A stretch of DNA of 64,000 bases from Eledone cirrhosa. Taxonomy: Eukaryota. The position numbers and the translations under genes are program-made. Positions 40,927 to 52,811 of the stretch are shown one piece after another (position 1 is the first letter of the stretch; each line of letters opens with the position of its first letter). Under the pieces are notes generated by a model, which saw only the letters and a program-made list of their open reading frames with translations, searched no databases and had not been told where the DNA came from. Location: NCBI GenBank assembly GCA_964016885.1, contig OZ024742.1:206274001-206338000 (forward strand), written 5' to 3'.

Positions 40927-41789
40927 AGAACATGAATTTAACGTTAAATTCTCTATGATTATATGATTATATATACATTGGAGTAAACCAAATATAAATA
41001 GTTCTTTATTTTATGTTTGCAAACTATTGATAGTAAATTAGAGACTGTTGACATTAGGAAAGACATCCGTTATAGAAAACCAAGCCATAAATGCAAACAA
41101 GTCGTGGTCACCTGACCTGTCTGGTTTCATAATGTGACAGCCTGCCTAACCCATGCCAGCAAGGAAAATAGATATTCAATGATTATGGTGATGATGAAAA
41201 TAGAAAGCTTCAAGGTAATTAATGTAGAATAAGTATGATTTCAAGGTTCCTTTGACTTAATATACTAGTAGCTCCTTAGCAGTTTGTTTTATGTCTGATG
41301 GGTAAAGTCTCTAAAAGCTAATGTTTTTGTGTCCTTTCTACATATCAGATGTGTGATTTAAATTAATGTTCTTTCAATGTTCATCAAATCTATTTTTTAA
41401 CAATCTGGCTGCTTTTGACTTAATAATTTCTTTTGATAATCAATTTCAGTTGTATTACTTCTGTTTACTGTCATGTTAGTTTGTTGAATCACTTCTTAAA
41501 AAAATTATAGAAATGGCTTTTGGTTCATGACAGATAACATTTTAAAATATCATCTTTGTTGAAGTTGTCTTTTTCTGTTGTTATCTAGGAAGCAGATATA
41601 TTATCCTTCTTCCATTTGTGGAGTGTTGAAGAAGTTTAAGTCTAGCCTCATACAACAAGTATTTTAAAGTTGCAATTGATTTTGTGTTTTTCTTTTACAT
41701 GTTTTAAATCTAGTTATCCTATAATAAACATGTTTCTTCTCAAATACAGTGAACTAGATCCCATTTGATTATTAAAATCCTTAGAATTG

Positions 41790-41995
41790 GCTGAGAATTA
41801 TAGCATTGGACAACATGCTTTGTGGGACATAGTTACAGCCCTTTATGTTCTGAGTTCAAATTCCACTAAGGTTAGCTTTGCCTTTCCTCCTTATAGGGTT
41901 GGTAAAATAAAGTACCAGTAATGCACTGGGGTTGATTTAACCAACTTTCCCCTCCCCTAAGATTGTTGGCCTTGTACCTAAATCAGAAAATATTA
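41790..41995 (+). mobile_element. SINE family A (long type)
   Basis: B-box, core and the GGGGTTGATTTAACCAAC segment are present. Confidence 0.85.
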
Positions 41996-42269
41996 TTAAT
42001 ATTCTTAAGTCTATTCTCATTGAAGTCATCAGCTTCAATGCAAAACTTGGATTGTAGTCTTCAGTTTTAGTGTATCAACTTGATATGTCTTTTTATATTA
42101 CATAAGAGAATGATTTCTAATCTAGATAAAATGCTACAAATTTAACAAAAGTATATAATTAATAATATTGATCTCAATACTTGACTGATACTTGTTCTAT
42201 TGACTGCTGTAAGGACTAAGGCAAACTCAGCTTGAGCAATAGTTGAACCAATAGGTTATGTATAATAAT

Positions 42270-42456
42270 TGTTTCTATTTTTGGCACAAGGCCAGCAATT
42301 ATTCCAGTGCATTACTGGTACTTTATTTTATCGACCCCATAAGGATGAAAGGCAAAGTTAACCTTCGTGGGATTTTAATTCAGACCATAAAGGGCCATAA
42401 CTCTATGCTGCAAATCGTGGCATCCAACCCTCTCCCGATACTGCCAATCCACTGCC
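42270..42456 (-). mobile_element. SINE family A (short type) with 14-bp TSD
   Basis: TSD TTATGTATAATAAT at 42256-42269 and 42457-42470. Confidence 0.92.
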
Positions 42457-42524
42457 TTATGTATAATAATGTTTTGTATAAGTTATGCATAATAATGTCT
42501 TATAAACTATTGGATTAGTGGGTG

Positions 42525-43260
42525 TTCATCATCATCATCACCATTTAACATCTGTTTTCCCTGCTAGCAAGGGTTGGACAAGTTGTCACAGACTCATCAG
42601 TACTCAAGTAGAGCCACTGACCTCACAGATGGATTGGGGGCCTGCTTGTTACATACATATGTTCTTGCATTCAATCAAAGACACAAAACGAATTGCAACT
42701 TTAAAATAATTGTTGTATGAGGCTTTACAGGACGCATTGGGTGTATTTATCATGTACATCAACAACACTATGGAAGTTGTCTTTGGCAAACTAAAGAGGC
42801 CTCTGAAATCCTTTTAGCATGGTTTTTATATTACGGTACACTTTGTATTATCTACTACCTTACATGGTGTACTGAGTGCATTTTTTGCGACACCCACACT
42901 AGAGAGGTGTTTGTTATTGACTCAACTGAAGAGCCCTCTCTACCTTAACGGTGGGACTAGGAGGCGGGTGCCAAGTGTGGTGGAGTGATGGGATTTGATA
43001 GAGTGATGAGTGGGAGGTACTGTAGTGATAGCAGCTACTAACAGGTTATGACTGGTGTTTTAGGGTTTTAGAAGTTGGTGATCTTGGATAAAGTGTGGGT
43101 GTTAGTATTTAAAAGGGTAAAGGTTATCCTGGCTAAAGTAGGGGTGAGGGCAAGTGGTAATGTTGAGAATAACTATTATGTGGATGGGGAGGTGATAGTG
43201 AGAATAGCTATTAAGGAGTGATAGTGGCAGGTAAAGAGGTGGCATATGATTGGGTCAGGT
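42525..43260 (-). mobile_element. Older RTE-related long 3' UTR fragment
   Basis: (CAT)n-TTTAAC...GCTAGCAAGGGTTGGA tail and internal repeats, colinear with 48840-49700. Confidence 0.6.
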
Positions 43261-44025
43261 CAGATTTCAGAAATTTAAGCCGAAGTTCATGCCTTTTGTA
43301 TTTTGGCAGAAGTACACCACTCATTTGTAAGAGAGCAGCATAATTAATTAAATTGACCTCAGTTGATAAAAGATATTTATTTTATCAACTGTGGAGAGAT
43401 GGAAGATAAATTGGATTCCAGTGGCATTTGAACTTAGAAAAGGGAACTAAATGCTGGAAGGAATTCAGTCTGACATTCTAACAATTTTGAAACTCCCATG
43501 CATTCTTTCTAAACATTTATTAGTAATTATTTATTCAAAGAAAACAGAAACATTAATCTTTATTAATATTTTTGTTCACCACTAATGGAGGACAGTAGGG
43601 CAGTAGCTAGATTAGCAAAATCATTAGAACACCAAAGAAAATACCATGTGTTATTTAGTAAGAACCTTTTGCATTCTGAATTCAAATCATGGTGGAGTTA
43701 ACTTTCTTTTGAGGCAGATAAAATAAAATTCCAATTAAGTACTGAAGTCAATATAATTAACTGTTTTCTCCCCAACACTTTTGAGCTTATGCCTAAATTA
43801 GTAATCAATATATTAATTTTTATACAACAGGGGATATTTGATATTATATAAACTTAGCTTTGCTCCAAAATAGGAATAATATCATATACTTAAAAAGTAT
43901 AACTGGATGAAACACTGATTTTTAAAAACAGGAAAATTTTGAAGTGTGGTTTGAACATTTTTTTCCACTTAGGGAACTAAGGGAAATAATCGTGATCTTT
44001 TATGTTTTCAGAGTCTTAATACATG

Positions 44026-44027
<2 letters not shown>

Positions 44028-44056
<29 letters not shown>

Positions 44057-44845
44057 GTTTAACGTCCGTGTTCCATGCTTGCATGGGTTTGGACGGGAGT
44101 TTTCCCACTTGAGGCAAGAGTGGTTGTCTTGCTCGCATAGGACTGTCTGGCGGGTTTTCTACAGTTGGATGCCCTTCCTAACACCAACCACATTTACAGT
44201 GTGGGGCTGGGAGGTTTTTACCGTGTTGCCTACATGGCCACATTACAGCGTGGACTGTCTGGCAGGTTTTCTACAGCTGGATGCCCTTCCTAACACCAAC
44301 CACATTTACAGTGTGGGACTGGGACGTTTTTACCGTGTTGCCTACACGGTCACATTACAGCGTGGACTGTGTGTTTTTTTTTTCGTGACACCTACACGAT
44401 CTCATTTGTTTCGGCCTGGATTTTGTGGCACCAACATAACTTTACATTGAAAGGGGCGGTGTGGATGGGGTGGGGATGGTGGGACGGGGGTGTATTTTGT
44501 TAGAGATGCCTACTGACTGTAGTAGGTTTTACTTTGTATTTAGGTAACGCGGGTCTTCTCTGTTACTGAGTACCGCCAAAGGTCTCGGTCCAGTGACATT
44601 GTCTTGGAGAGGTGTAAGTGTGTGAGGTCGGAATTTATCAGCTCGTCCCAGGTTTTTCTGGGTCTGCCTACTCCGTGGCTACCATCTATCTTTATTGCCC
44701 TGCACTTTGTTATACAGCTGTCGTCTTTCATGCGCATCACGTGACCATACCAACGTAGCCTTCTCTCGAGTAAACAACATCTGATCCCTCTTATTTCTAA
44801 TTTTTTTCCTTAGTTCGTTTATGCTTTGCCGTTCGCGTATATTAT
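44028..44845 (-). mobile_element. 5'-truncated RTE LINE, same family as 21856-22685
   Basis: MKDDSCITKCRAIKIDGSHGVGRPRKTWDELINSD, plus the 3' UTR and (GAT)n tail on the minus strand. Confidence 0.92.
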
Positions 44846-45709
44846 ATCTACAAATGTTCAGTCTACTGAAAAACATGAAGGAAATTATTGTTGAATTGGA
44901 CACCCAACTCAAATATTCTATGCGACAAAGGAAGATTCACTAAAGGCACTCAAAGGCCAGGTTGTGGTGTTAAACCAAGGGATGAATTAAGTCTACAACT
45001 CAAAAATTCGGAACATAAGGAGCCAGAGCAAATATCACAAGGCATCTTATCTGATGTTCTAACAATTTTGCCAATCCACTTCATTAATACTTTATTCTAT
45101 TGACACCCGAAAAGATAAAAAGGAAAGTTGATCTTGATGGGATTTGAACTCAGAATGCAGAAAACCAGAACAAATACTGAAAGGTATTTCATCTTAAGTC
45201 AACTGTTCAATATCCATCATTTTTTTATTTATCAAAAGGCGACAGCAGTATCAGAGATGCAAAATAAAATAGTTGCTGAAATTGAATGAAGCAAATCTTA
45301 CTTATTTTATAAAAATAGAAAGAAAAAAAAACGTGGTTTCATGAAGAACAATACACTAAACATGTGCAGATATGTTCATGTATATGTGTTGGAATTCCTC
45401 TAGGGAAAATAATATATTGTGTTAACATATGCTTGTTCTATTACTATTGGCAAAAGCTAAAAAATGAAAGAAGTTTGATAACACTTAAGTGAAATACACT
45501 TACCAAGGGGAAGGAGGTGTTATATTTCAAAAGAGTTTTTATTTTCTTGACACAATAGCTTACTTATTTATTGCCATTTTTATTTCTTGAAGAAATAAAA
45601 ATAATTTTATATTAGGAGGGTTTTGCAATTAATTCAAAACTTTAGTTGAAAAGTATAAGCAAATATTTAGTTGGTTGTTCTGGAGAAAAGTAAACTTATA
45701 TCATTATTA

Positions 45710-45897
45710 GGGCGGTGGATTGGCAGTATCGGTAGGGGGTTGGACGCCATGCTTTCTAGCATAGTTACGTCCCTTTACAGTCTGAGTTCAAATCCCGCCG
45801 AGGTTAACTTTGCCTTTCATCCTTACGGGGTCGATAAAATAAAGTACCAGTAATACACTGGGTAATTGCTGGCCTTGTGCCAAAAATATAAACAATT
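45710..45897 (+). mobile_element. SINE family A (short type)
   Basis: Near-identical to 14125-14305. Confidence 0.92.
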
Positions 45898-46127
45898 AAT
45901 AGTAGATGTGTTGCATTCCTTATGCGGTAACACAAGTCCTCAAATGTATCATAAAAATGAAGTAATACTGAACCTGGTAGGCATTTAGATGTATTCCCAT
46001 ATAGAAATATCTAAGTAACTATCACACACCAGGCTACTTCATTCTGTTTGTTTTCTACTGTGGCTACCACTGAGGTTTTGGCTTATACTCCTACTCCTAC
46101 TACTACTACTACTAACACCACCGCCAC

Positions 46128-46430
46128 CACCATCATCATCATCATCATCATGTTTTTACATTCGTTTTTCCATGCTTATATGGGTTGGACAGGTCTTTTA
46201 CACTACAGCTCTACTACATACTATGAGCTCCTTTGTTGTCATCTTTATAAATGTTTTGAGATCTGCCCTCACTACCTCTGTCTAGGTCTTCCATGTCCTT
46301 CTTTTACTGCAATTTCTTTCCACTGGGAGCTTCTGGCACTTCTTCACGCAATAATCACCCCCCATGTGTATCACATGGCTATATCAGTGCAGTCTTCTCT
46401 CTTGCACACTACATATGATTCCTCTTATAT
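46128..46430 (-). mobile_element. RTE LINE 3' end with short 3' UTR
   Basis: Minus-strand VQERRLH...HVIHM...KKCQKLPVE (as at 31715-31805), followed within ~80 bp by CCAACCCATATAAGCATGG...(GAT)n. Confidence 0.7.
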
Positions 46431-47038
46431 TGAAGACACAGAATAGAAACAAAATAAAATCTGATATGTCCTCATTGTCATTACACTGGACCTCACATTG
46501 TCAATTATTGAATGGCAGAAAGTTTTGTGTTGTCTCAGATTCTAATTCATGGATAAGGTCCTTAAGTTGCACCTTAGTGTTCTATTTGTAACTCCATATC
46601 TATACATCTACTTAAAAACAATATTTAAGTGTTTCAGTTAGGATTTTTTTTATTTACTATTTGGGAAGGACATGTCTTAAATGCTTGCAACAGAGTGAAT
46701 TGCACTAAAGGTACTCAAGGGACAAATGGTGGTATTAAACTGAATGATAAATTGTCTACTCCCAAAGAATTCAGAATGCCAAGAACCAGAGAAGCACTGT
46801 TAGGCATCTTACCCAAGATTTTTAAGCATCTAACCAATTCACTAATATTTCACAATAGATTGGTACTTTATTTTATCAACTCCAACATGATGAAATGAAA
46901 GCTCACTTTGGCACGATTTGAACAAAGAATGCAGAGGGCCACAACAAATACTGTAAGGAAATTTGCTGTCTGGTGAGATTTATCAAGACACAGTGATCTT
47001 TTGAAACCCCTCATCAGATAGGAGCAGTATAACATAAT

Positions 47039-47255
47039 GATTTCTACTATAGGCACAAGACCAGCAATTTAAGGAGAGGGGAAAGTCGATTAAATTGACC
47101 CCAGTGCATTACTGGTGCTTTATTTTATTGACTTCGTAAGGATGAAAGGCAAAGCTAATGTTAGTGGGATTTGAAATCAGAATGTAAAGAGCCATAACTA
47201 TGTTGCAAAGCATTGTATCCGATGCTCTACCGATACTGCCAATCCATCACCCTCA
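47039..47255 (-). mobile_element. SINE family A (long type) with 16-bp TSD
   Basis: TSD AGCAGTATAACATAAT at 47023-47038 and 47256-47271. Confidence 0.92.
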
Positions 47256-47911
47256 AGCAGTATAACATAATAAGTTTAAAAGAATATGTACGAGAGAAAA
47301 CTAAAATTCTTATAACAAACATTTGCATCTTCTTTTTTTGCAAAGTCATTGGAAGATCAGTTATAGTTTTATTCTTTGCTATCTTTGTTTTTAAATGTGA
47401 GATTGTAATACATCCTCTGAATTAGACATCTCTGAGGGATTCGGTAACTCCTCTGATTCTCTTTTTCATTTGTTTTCTTATTTGTTTGTCTTGGTTGAAG
47501 TTTCACTGAGGATTTTTCGCTACCTGTCTATTTGTCAATTATCCAGTTGGTTTGATCTCTAACCACCAAATCAATTTTCTTCTTAACTGATTTACTGCTA
47601 GGTTAACTGAAACAAGTAAAGCCAAGTTCTAAACCCTAGGGGACCAGTACACTAACTAATTTGTCAAGACACTATCTATTCTACTATTTCAAATTTAAAC
47701 ATTTAAACTCACAAATATTTTATTTCAAATTTATTTGAATATCCTTTTTCCATGTAAACAAGAGTTGGGGCAGGTTTAATTTTTTAAAAATGTTTGTTTA
47801 ATGTAGATATTTTTAACTAACTACTTAATTATGAAATAGCCATAGTGATTATTTTCATGTTGGTTGACAGAGGCAGCAGATATAGGAATCTGTATTGGTA
47901 AAGAATATAAT

Positions 47912-48061
47912 TGTTTCTACTTTTGGCACAAGGCCAGCAATTACCCAGTGAATTACTGGTACTTTATTTTATTGACCCCGTAAGGATGAAAGGCAAAGTT
48001 TTAACCTTGGCGGGATTTGAACTCAGAATGAAGTTCAATCCCACCGAAGTTAACTTTGCCT
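47912..48061 (-). mobile_element. SINE family A with fold-back 5' end and 17-bp TSD
   Basis: TSD TTGGTAAAGAATATAAT at 47895-47911 and 48062-48078. An inverted duplicate of the B-box segment lies at 48031-48063. Confidence 0.88.
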
Positions 48062-48839
48062 TTGGTAAAGAATATAATGTTACATTAATGTTGAACCTGA
48101 ACAAACATTTAAAACCACTCAGGAAATATTACTTATCAACAAATAATTTTGGAAAATTCCAAAATTTCAAAATATTAGCAGATTATTAAAAATGAGTAGG
48201 ACAGAATGTGAAGAGGGAAATGTGTGTAATGTTTTCCTATCACAAGATGGATTTGAAAGGTATGATCAATTTACATTTGAAATACCAGTCTGTAGTGTTG
48301 CCCCTTTAGGTGTTGGATTACAGGAAATACTTATGATTAATTTGACATATAAGTTTGTTAGGCTGCACCCTGCTGTGAGGAGATGTTCCAAGTCTGATAT
48401 TGAAACTGAAATAGGAATATATACTAAAATATAAACTGCTTAAAATGGTCTTATCAAAATAATAAAAATACTTGAACCTTGGATATAAATTTGTTATGCT
48501 TTAATTGAGATTAAAAGGGCAATATAATGAGGTTGTGAAGGAATTTGTGAAACAGTGGCTGGAAAATTTAGCATATTGAAAGAAGAACTTAGAATGTAAG
48601 GGAGAAATTTGTTTTCTAATTGTTTTCTAATGATTAAATCAGTTGTTAGTTAACTAGTTAATTTAGCAAATATTTTGTTAAATGTCAACTAATTCAAACC
48701 TGTGTGGTTATGCACTAATATGAGAAATCATGTCTACATTAACATTACTTTATAATGAAAGACATTCTTCCAATAAAATAACCTATTTATGTCCAAATAA
48801 CAGAATTACATCATATACAGCATATATATCAATGTAACA

Positions 48840-49700
48840 TCACCATCATCCTCCTCCTCATCATCATCATTTAACGTCCACTGCTAGCAAGGGTTGGATG
48901 GGTCTTCACAGAACGTGTCTGCACTGAAGCAGGACTACTGAACATCTAGACAGGCTGGGGAGTTCCCATTTCACTTACATATGGTTTTACATTCTACTGA
49001 TTGCATTTTATTGTGACACCAGCATGAGCGAGGTTGTCATGTCTTTGACACAACTAGAGGGTCCACCCAACTGTTTGTTTGGCAAGTTTTCTACAGTTGG
49101 ATGCCCTTCCTAGCACCAATCCCTTTATAACATTTACTGGGTGCCTTTATTGTGTAGATCACCAACACTAGTGAGGTTGTCATGTCCTTGACACAACTGA
49201 AGGAGCCTCCCACAAAACTTTTAGACATGGTTTCTAAAGCGAGGTGCCCTTCCTATCATGAACCACCTCAAGGGGGGTACCAGGTGTATTTTCTTGGCAC
49301 TGGCACTAGATAGGTTTTTGGTCATAGTTACAACTGAAGAGCCCTCTATGCTCTGTAGGGGGCATAGGGGAGGGAGATATGTTTTAAGTTATAGGTGTAT
49401 GTGACTGGCAGGGTGATGAGTAAGAGGAAGAGGTGAATGATAGTAGATGAGGAGAAGGGATGTAGTGGTGTGGTTGATAGTGTGTTGGGGAGGGGGGGGG
49501 TGATGGAGAGATAGCTAATGGGTTGTAGTGGAGAGGTTGCACAGAATAGCCACTAGGGTATGATAGTGAAGATCGCTAAGGGTCCTAAAGGGAGGGAGTA
49601 GTTAAGGAGTGGTACCAGGGGTATGGGTAGGGGTGTTCTGGTGGGAAGGATAGCTGCAGGGCAAGGCTAGTGGAAGTGAAGGATATATGGATGGGTTAGG
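48840..49700 (-). mobile_element. RTE-related long 3' UTR fragment
   Basis: (CAT)n-TTTAACGTCCAC tail and GTTTTCTACAGTTGGATGCCCTTCCTA motif. Confidence 0.65.
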
Positions 49701-50899
49701 TCATATTGTATATTTGTGGATGGGTCTTCATCATCACGGCCCTCTTAATTCTTTGTTATCTCAGTTGTGAGGCTTAATTTGTTACGGTTGGTTTCACCAC
49801 CTTGTTCCAAGTCTACTTGGATTATATCAGTTTGTTACAGATCTTGTGGGCTCAATCAATGGATTGCTTCCACAAGCAGTTAGCTGTGTTTGTGGTCATA
49901 AGTTGATTGACACTGTAAACAAAGCTATGTCCACATTGTCCTGGTAAAGTAATTTATTAATATAGCATACTATTAATATCCATGAAACAGAGATATAAAT
50001 CCAAGTCATGTTTAGATTATTGCACTTTTGTTACATTCCTTTTTGCTTTGTTTAATGGATATCTGTTTTCCCTAATAATAATTGATGTATATCCATTTGT
50101 GATGTGTCAGTATTATATAAATTCATATTAATAATCTACCACTTTCATGTCATACCACAAGACAGCAGAGGTCATCCTGCCATATGGATACATTTTGTTA
50201 TATTAATAATCTATTAGTTTTACAGTGCTTTCATTCACACAACACATTTTGATACTGTAGAGGCAATAAGAAAGAATCTAAGATTTGTTATAACAATAAC
50301 ACAGTAGGAAGTCTTTTACAATGAAGATCTATTTCACAGTTGGTTATTGTACATGTCAGCACAGCTATATCAATAACTCACTAGGATATGCTTTTAACAC
50401 ACCTGCTAATTTATATCAGAGTATATATAGGGCTTTTAGTGAAGAAGTTAAGATGTCAGTTTTGCCTTTATGTATTGAGGAAGAGGTGAGAAAGTTGAAT
50501 TCATTGAAACTGAAACCAATGTCTTTTCTCAATTGATGTTTTACTCTTATTAGTTATGCATTATAATAGGTTCTACTGGTGAGGTGAGAGAAGTAGGAGA
50601 GTTATGAAAAAATATCAACTATCTCAATTTTTATTTCAAAGATTTTAATATGTGAATTGAGTTGCGAGGCAGTTTTGAAAGTATTGTAATAATATTAAAA
50701 TTTTAAAATGATCTAGAAACCCAGACAATGCATATTTAGCAGCATAGTATATAAATGTTATTGAGACACGAATAACATAATAATGATGTCAACAGCAGAA
50801 ATTAGAGATGAAATCTAATCTAAGTTTATTTTTGTTGTAGCACAAATAATGTTTGTTAACTTGTATGGTTGAAGTTACACATACAATGAGGTTACAAAA

Positions 50900-51120
50900 G
50901 GGAATGTGCCATTGGGCCAGACCCAAGGAAGGCCGGCAGGCCAAAGTGCAAAATCTCACCGTCACATGTTGTACGTGTTGCTGGTTCGAAGTTCAGGGTG
51001 CGAGAGAGAGATTCTTCAAATCCTCGCGGGGAATTTCTCCCTCAGGGCGCGTTGATTGGCTGAGCTGAGCCAAATCACGCACAGAGAATGTATGTGAGCC
51101 CGCGGAATGTAGGTCACTAC
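50900..51120. promoter_or_regulatory. Candidate cis-regulatory module (CpG-containing island, nuclear-receptor/NF-Y motif cluster)
   Basis: GC- and CpG-rich ~220 bp in AT-rich DNA with no TE match recognised by eye. It contains DR1-like, RORE, CCAAT, kB-like and E-box/HRE motifs. Confidence 0.4.
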
Positions 51121-51176
51121 ACATATAATGAAATACAAAATGGTAGTATAATTAATATGAAGCATTGTAAGATATA

Positions 51177-51448
51177 TAATAAATGACTGCTAAGTTTCAG
51201 AAAGCCGGTACAATGTGGTAGAAATATATAAAAGGCAAAGGGTGACAAATGAAACAAAACAAAGTAATACATTGATCGTTCATTTTTGTTTTTATATTTG
51301 AAAAGAAGGTTTAACTCTGAAATATTATGTTTAAATAAATATTTACTGAGTAAAAACATTACTTTGTTTTGTTTTATTTGTCACCTTACCCTTATATATT
51401 TCTACCGCATTGAGCTGGCATTCTCAAATACTTATCAGTTATTTATTA
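51177..51448. mobile_element. MITE/fold-back element with ~90-bp inverted arms
   Basis: ...GGTAGAAATATATAA..GGTGACAAATGAAACAAAACAAAGTAAT pairs with ATTACTTTGTTTTGTTTTATTTGTCACC..TTATATATTTCTACC... Confidence 0.75.
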
Positions 51449-51734
51449 CAGCATAGTGTTTTATTCAAAATTTTCGGGCTTCATAGATTTTCGTTTTTGA
51501 CCATTAGCCAATGCTACGATAACTGGCATGATAAAGAATCTTTTGTCGATTCACAGATGAGTGTATTTTAAGTCTAAAAATTTTAAATAAAACGCTATGT
51601 TGTATTTTATCATAATAATTGTCTGGTCTTCTAAGATATTTTAAAATTTCAAAGACTTAAAATACAGAATTAATAAAAAAAAAAAAGTCTTCATATTGTC
51701 ACTATTTAAAAAAAAATGGTGACAATATGAAGAA

Positions 51735-52680
51735 TGTAGCTTGGAAGTGTCAAAGAAGGTAGCTTGGAAGTGTCACTACGAAAGACTACTAAATGAGGAG
51801 AACAAATAGGAGAAAGACAGTCTCCCCCACATCGATCCAATAGAGGGACCAGCAGTGCTAGTAGAAGGTAGTATAATAAGTAAGGCAATCAAAGATATGA
51901 AGACGGGTAAGGCAGTGAGACCTGGGCATTGTGTGCAGAGGATATACGCAGACTGGAGAGGAACAAAGCTTGCATGCTCCGCTGGATGTGGCTTGCATGC
52001 TCCGCTGGATGTGTAATAGTAATATACGGGAATGGCAAAGCATAAACGAACTAAGGGAGAAATTAAGAATAAGAGGGATCAGATGTTGTTTACTTGAGAG
52101 AAGACTACGTTCGTACTGTCACGTGATGTGCATGAAAGACGACAGCTATATAAAAAAGTGCAGGGCAATAAAAATAGATGGTAGCCACGGAGTAGGCAGA
52201 CCCAGAAAAACCTGGGACGACTTGATAAATTCCGACCTCACACACTTACACCTCTCTAAGACAATGTCACTGGACCGAGATCTTTGGCGCTACACAGTAA
52301 TACAGCAGACCCGCCTTGCCTAAGTGCAAAGCGAAACCTACAGTCAGTATGCACCTCTAACAAAAATACACCAGTGTCCCACTACCCCCACCACACCCAC
52401 ACCACCCCCTTCAATGTGAAGTTATGTTGGTACCACAACATCCAGTCCGAAACAAATCAGGTCGTGTAGGTGTGACGAAAAAAAAACACACAGTCCACGC
52501 TGAAATGTGGCCGTGTAGGTAACACGGTAAAAACCTCCCAATTCACACTGTAAACATGGTTGGTGTTAGGAAGGGCATCCAGCCGTAGAAAACCCGCTTC
52601 AAGTGAGAAAACTCCCGTCCAAACCCATGCAAGCGTGGAAGATGGACGTTAAACGATGGTGATGATGATGATGATAATGA
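51735..52680 (+). mobile_element. RTE LINE copy with large internal deletion
   Basis: KVAWKCHYERLLNEEN...ISKAIKDMKTGKA is joined directly to GSETWAL...RPRKTWDDLINSD, followed by the 3' UTR and (GAT)n tail. Confidence 0.9.
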
Positions 52681-52811
52681 AGACGTTTACTTTTCTTTAT
52701 TAATTCTGTATTTAAAAACTATTTAAAAACAATTGGTAACATTAGTTTATGTCCTCTATAAACAATGCATCTCACAGTGTAGCAGTGCATATATACTGCT
52801 GATAGTAATAG

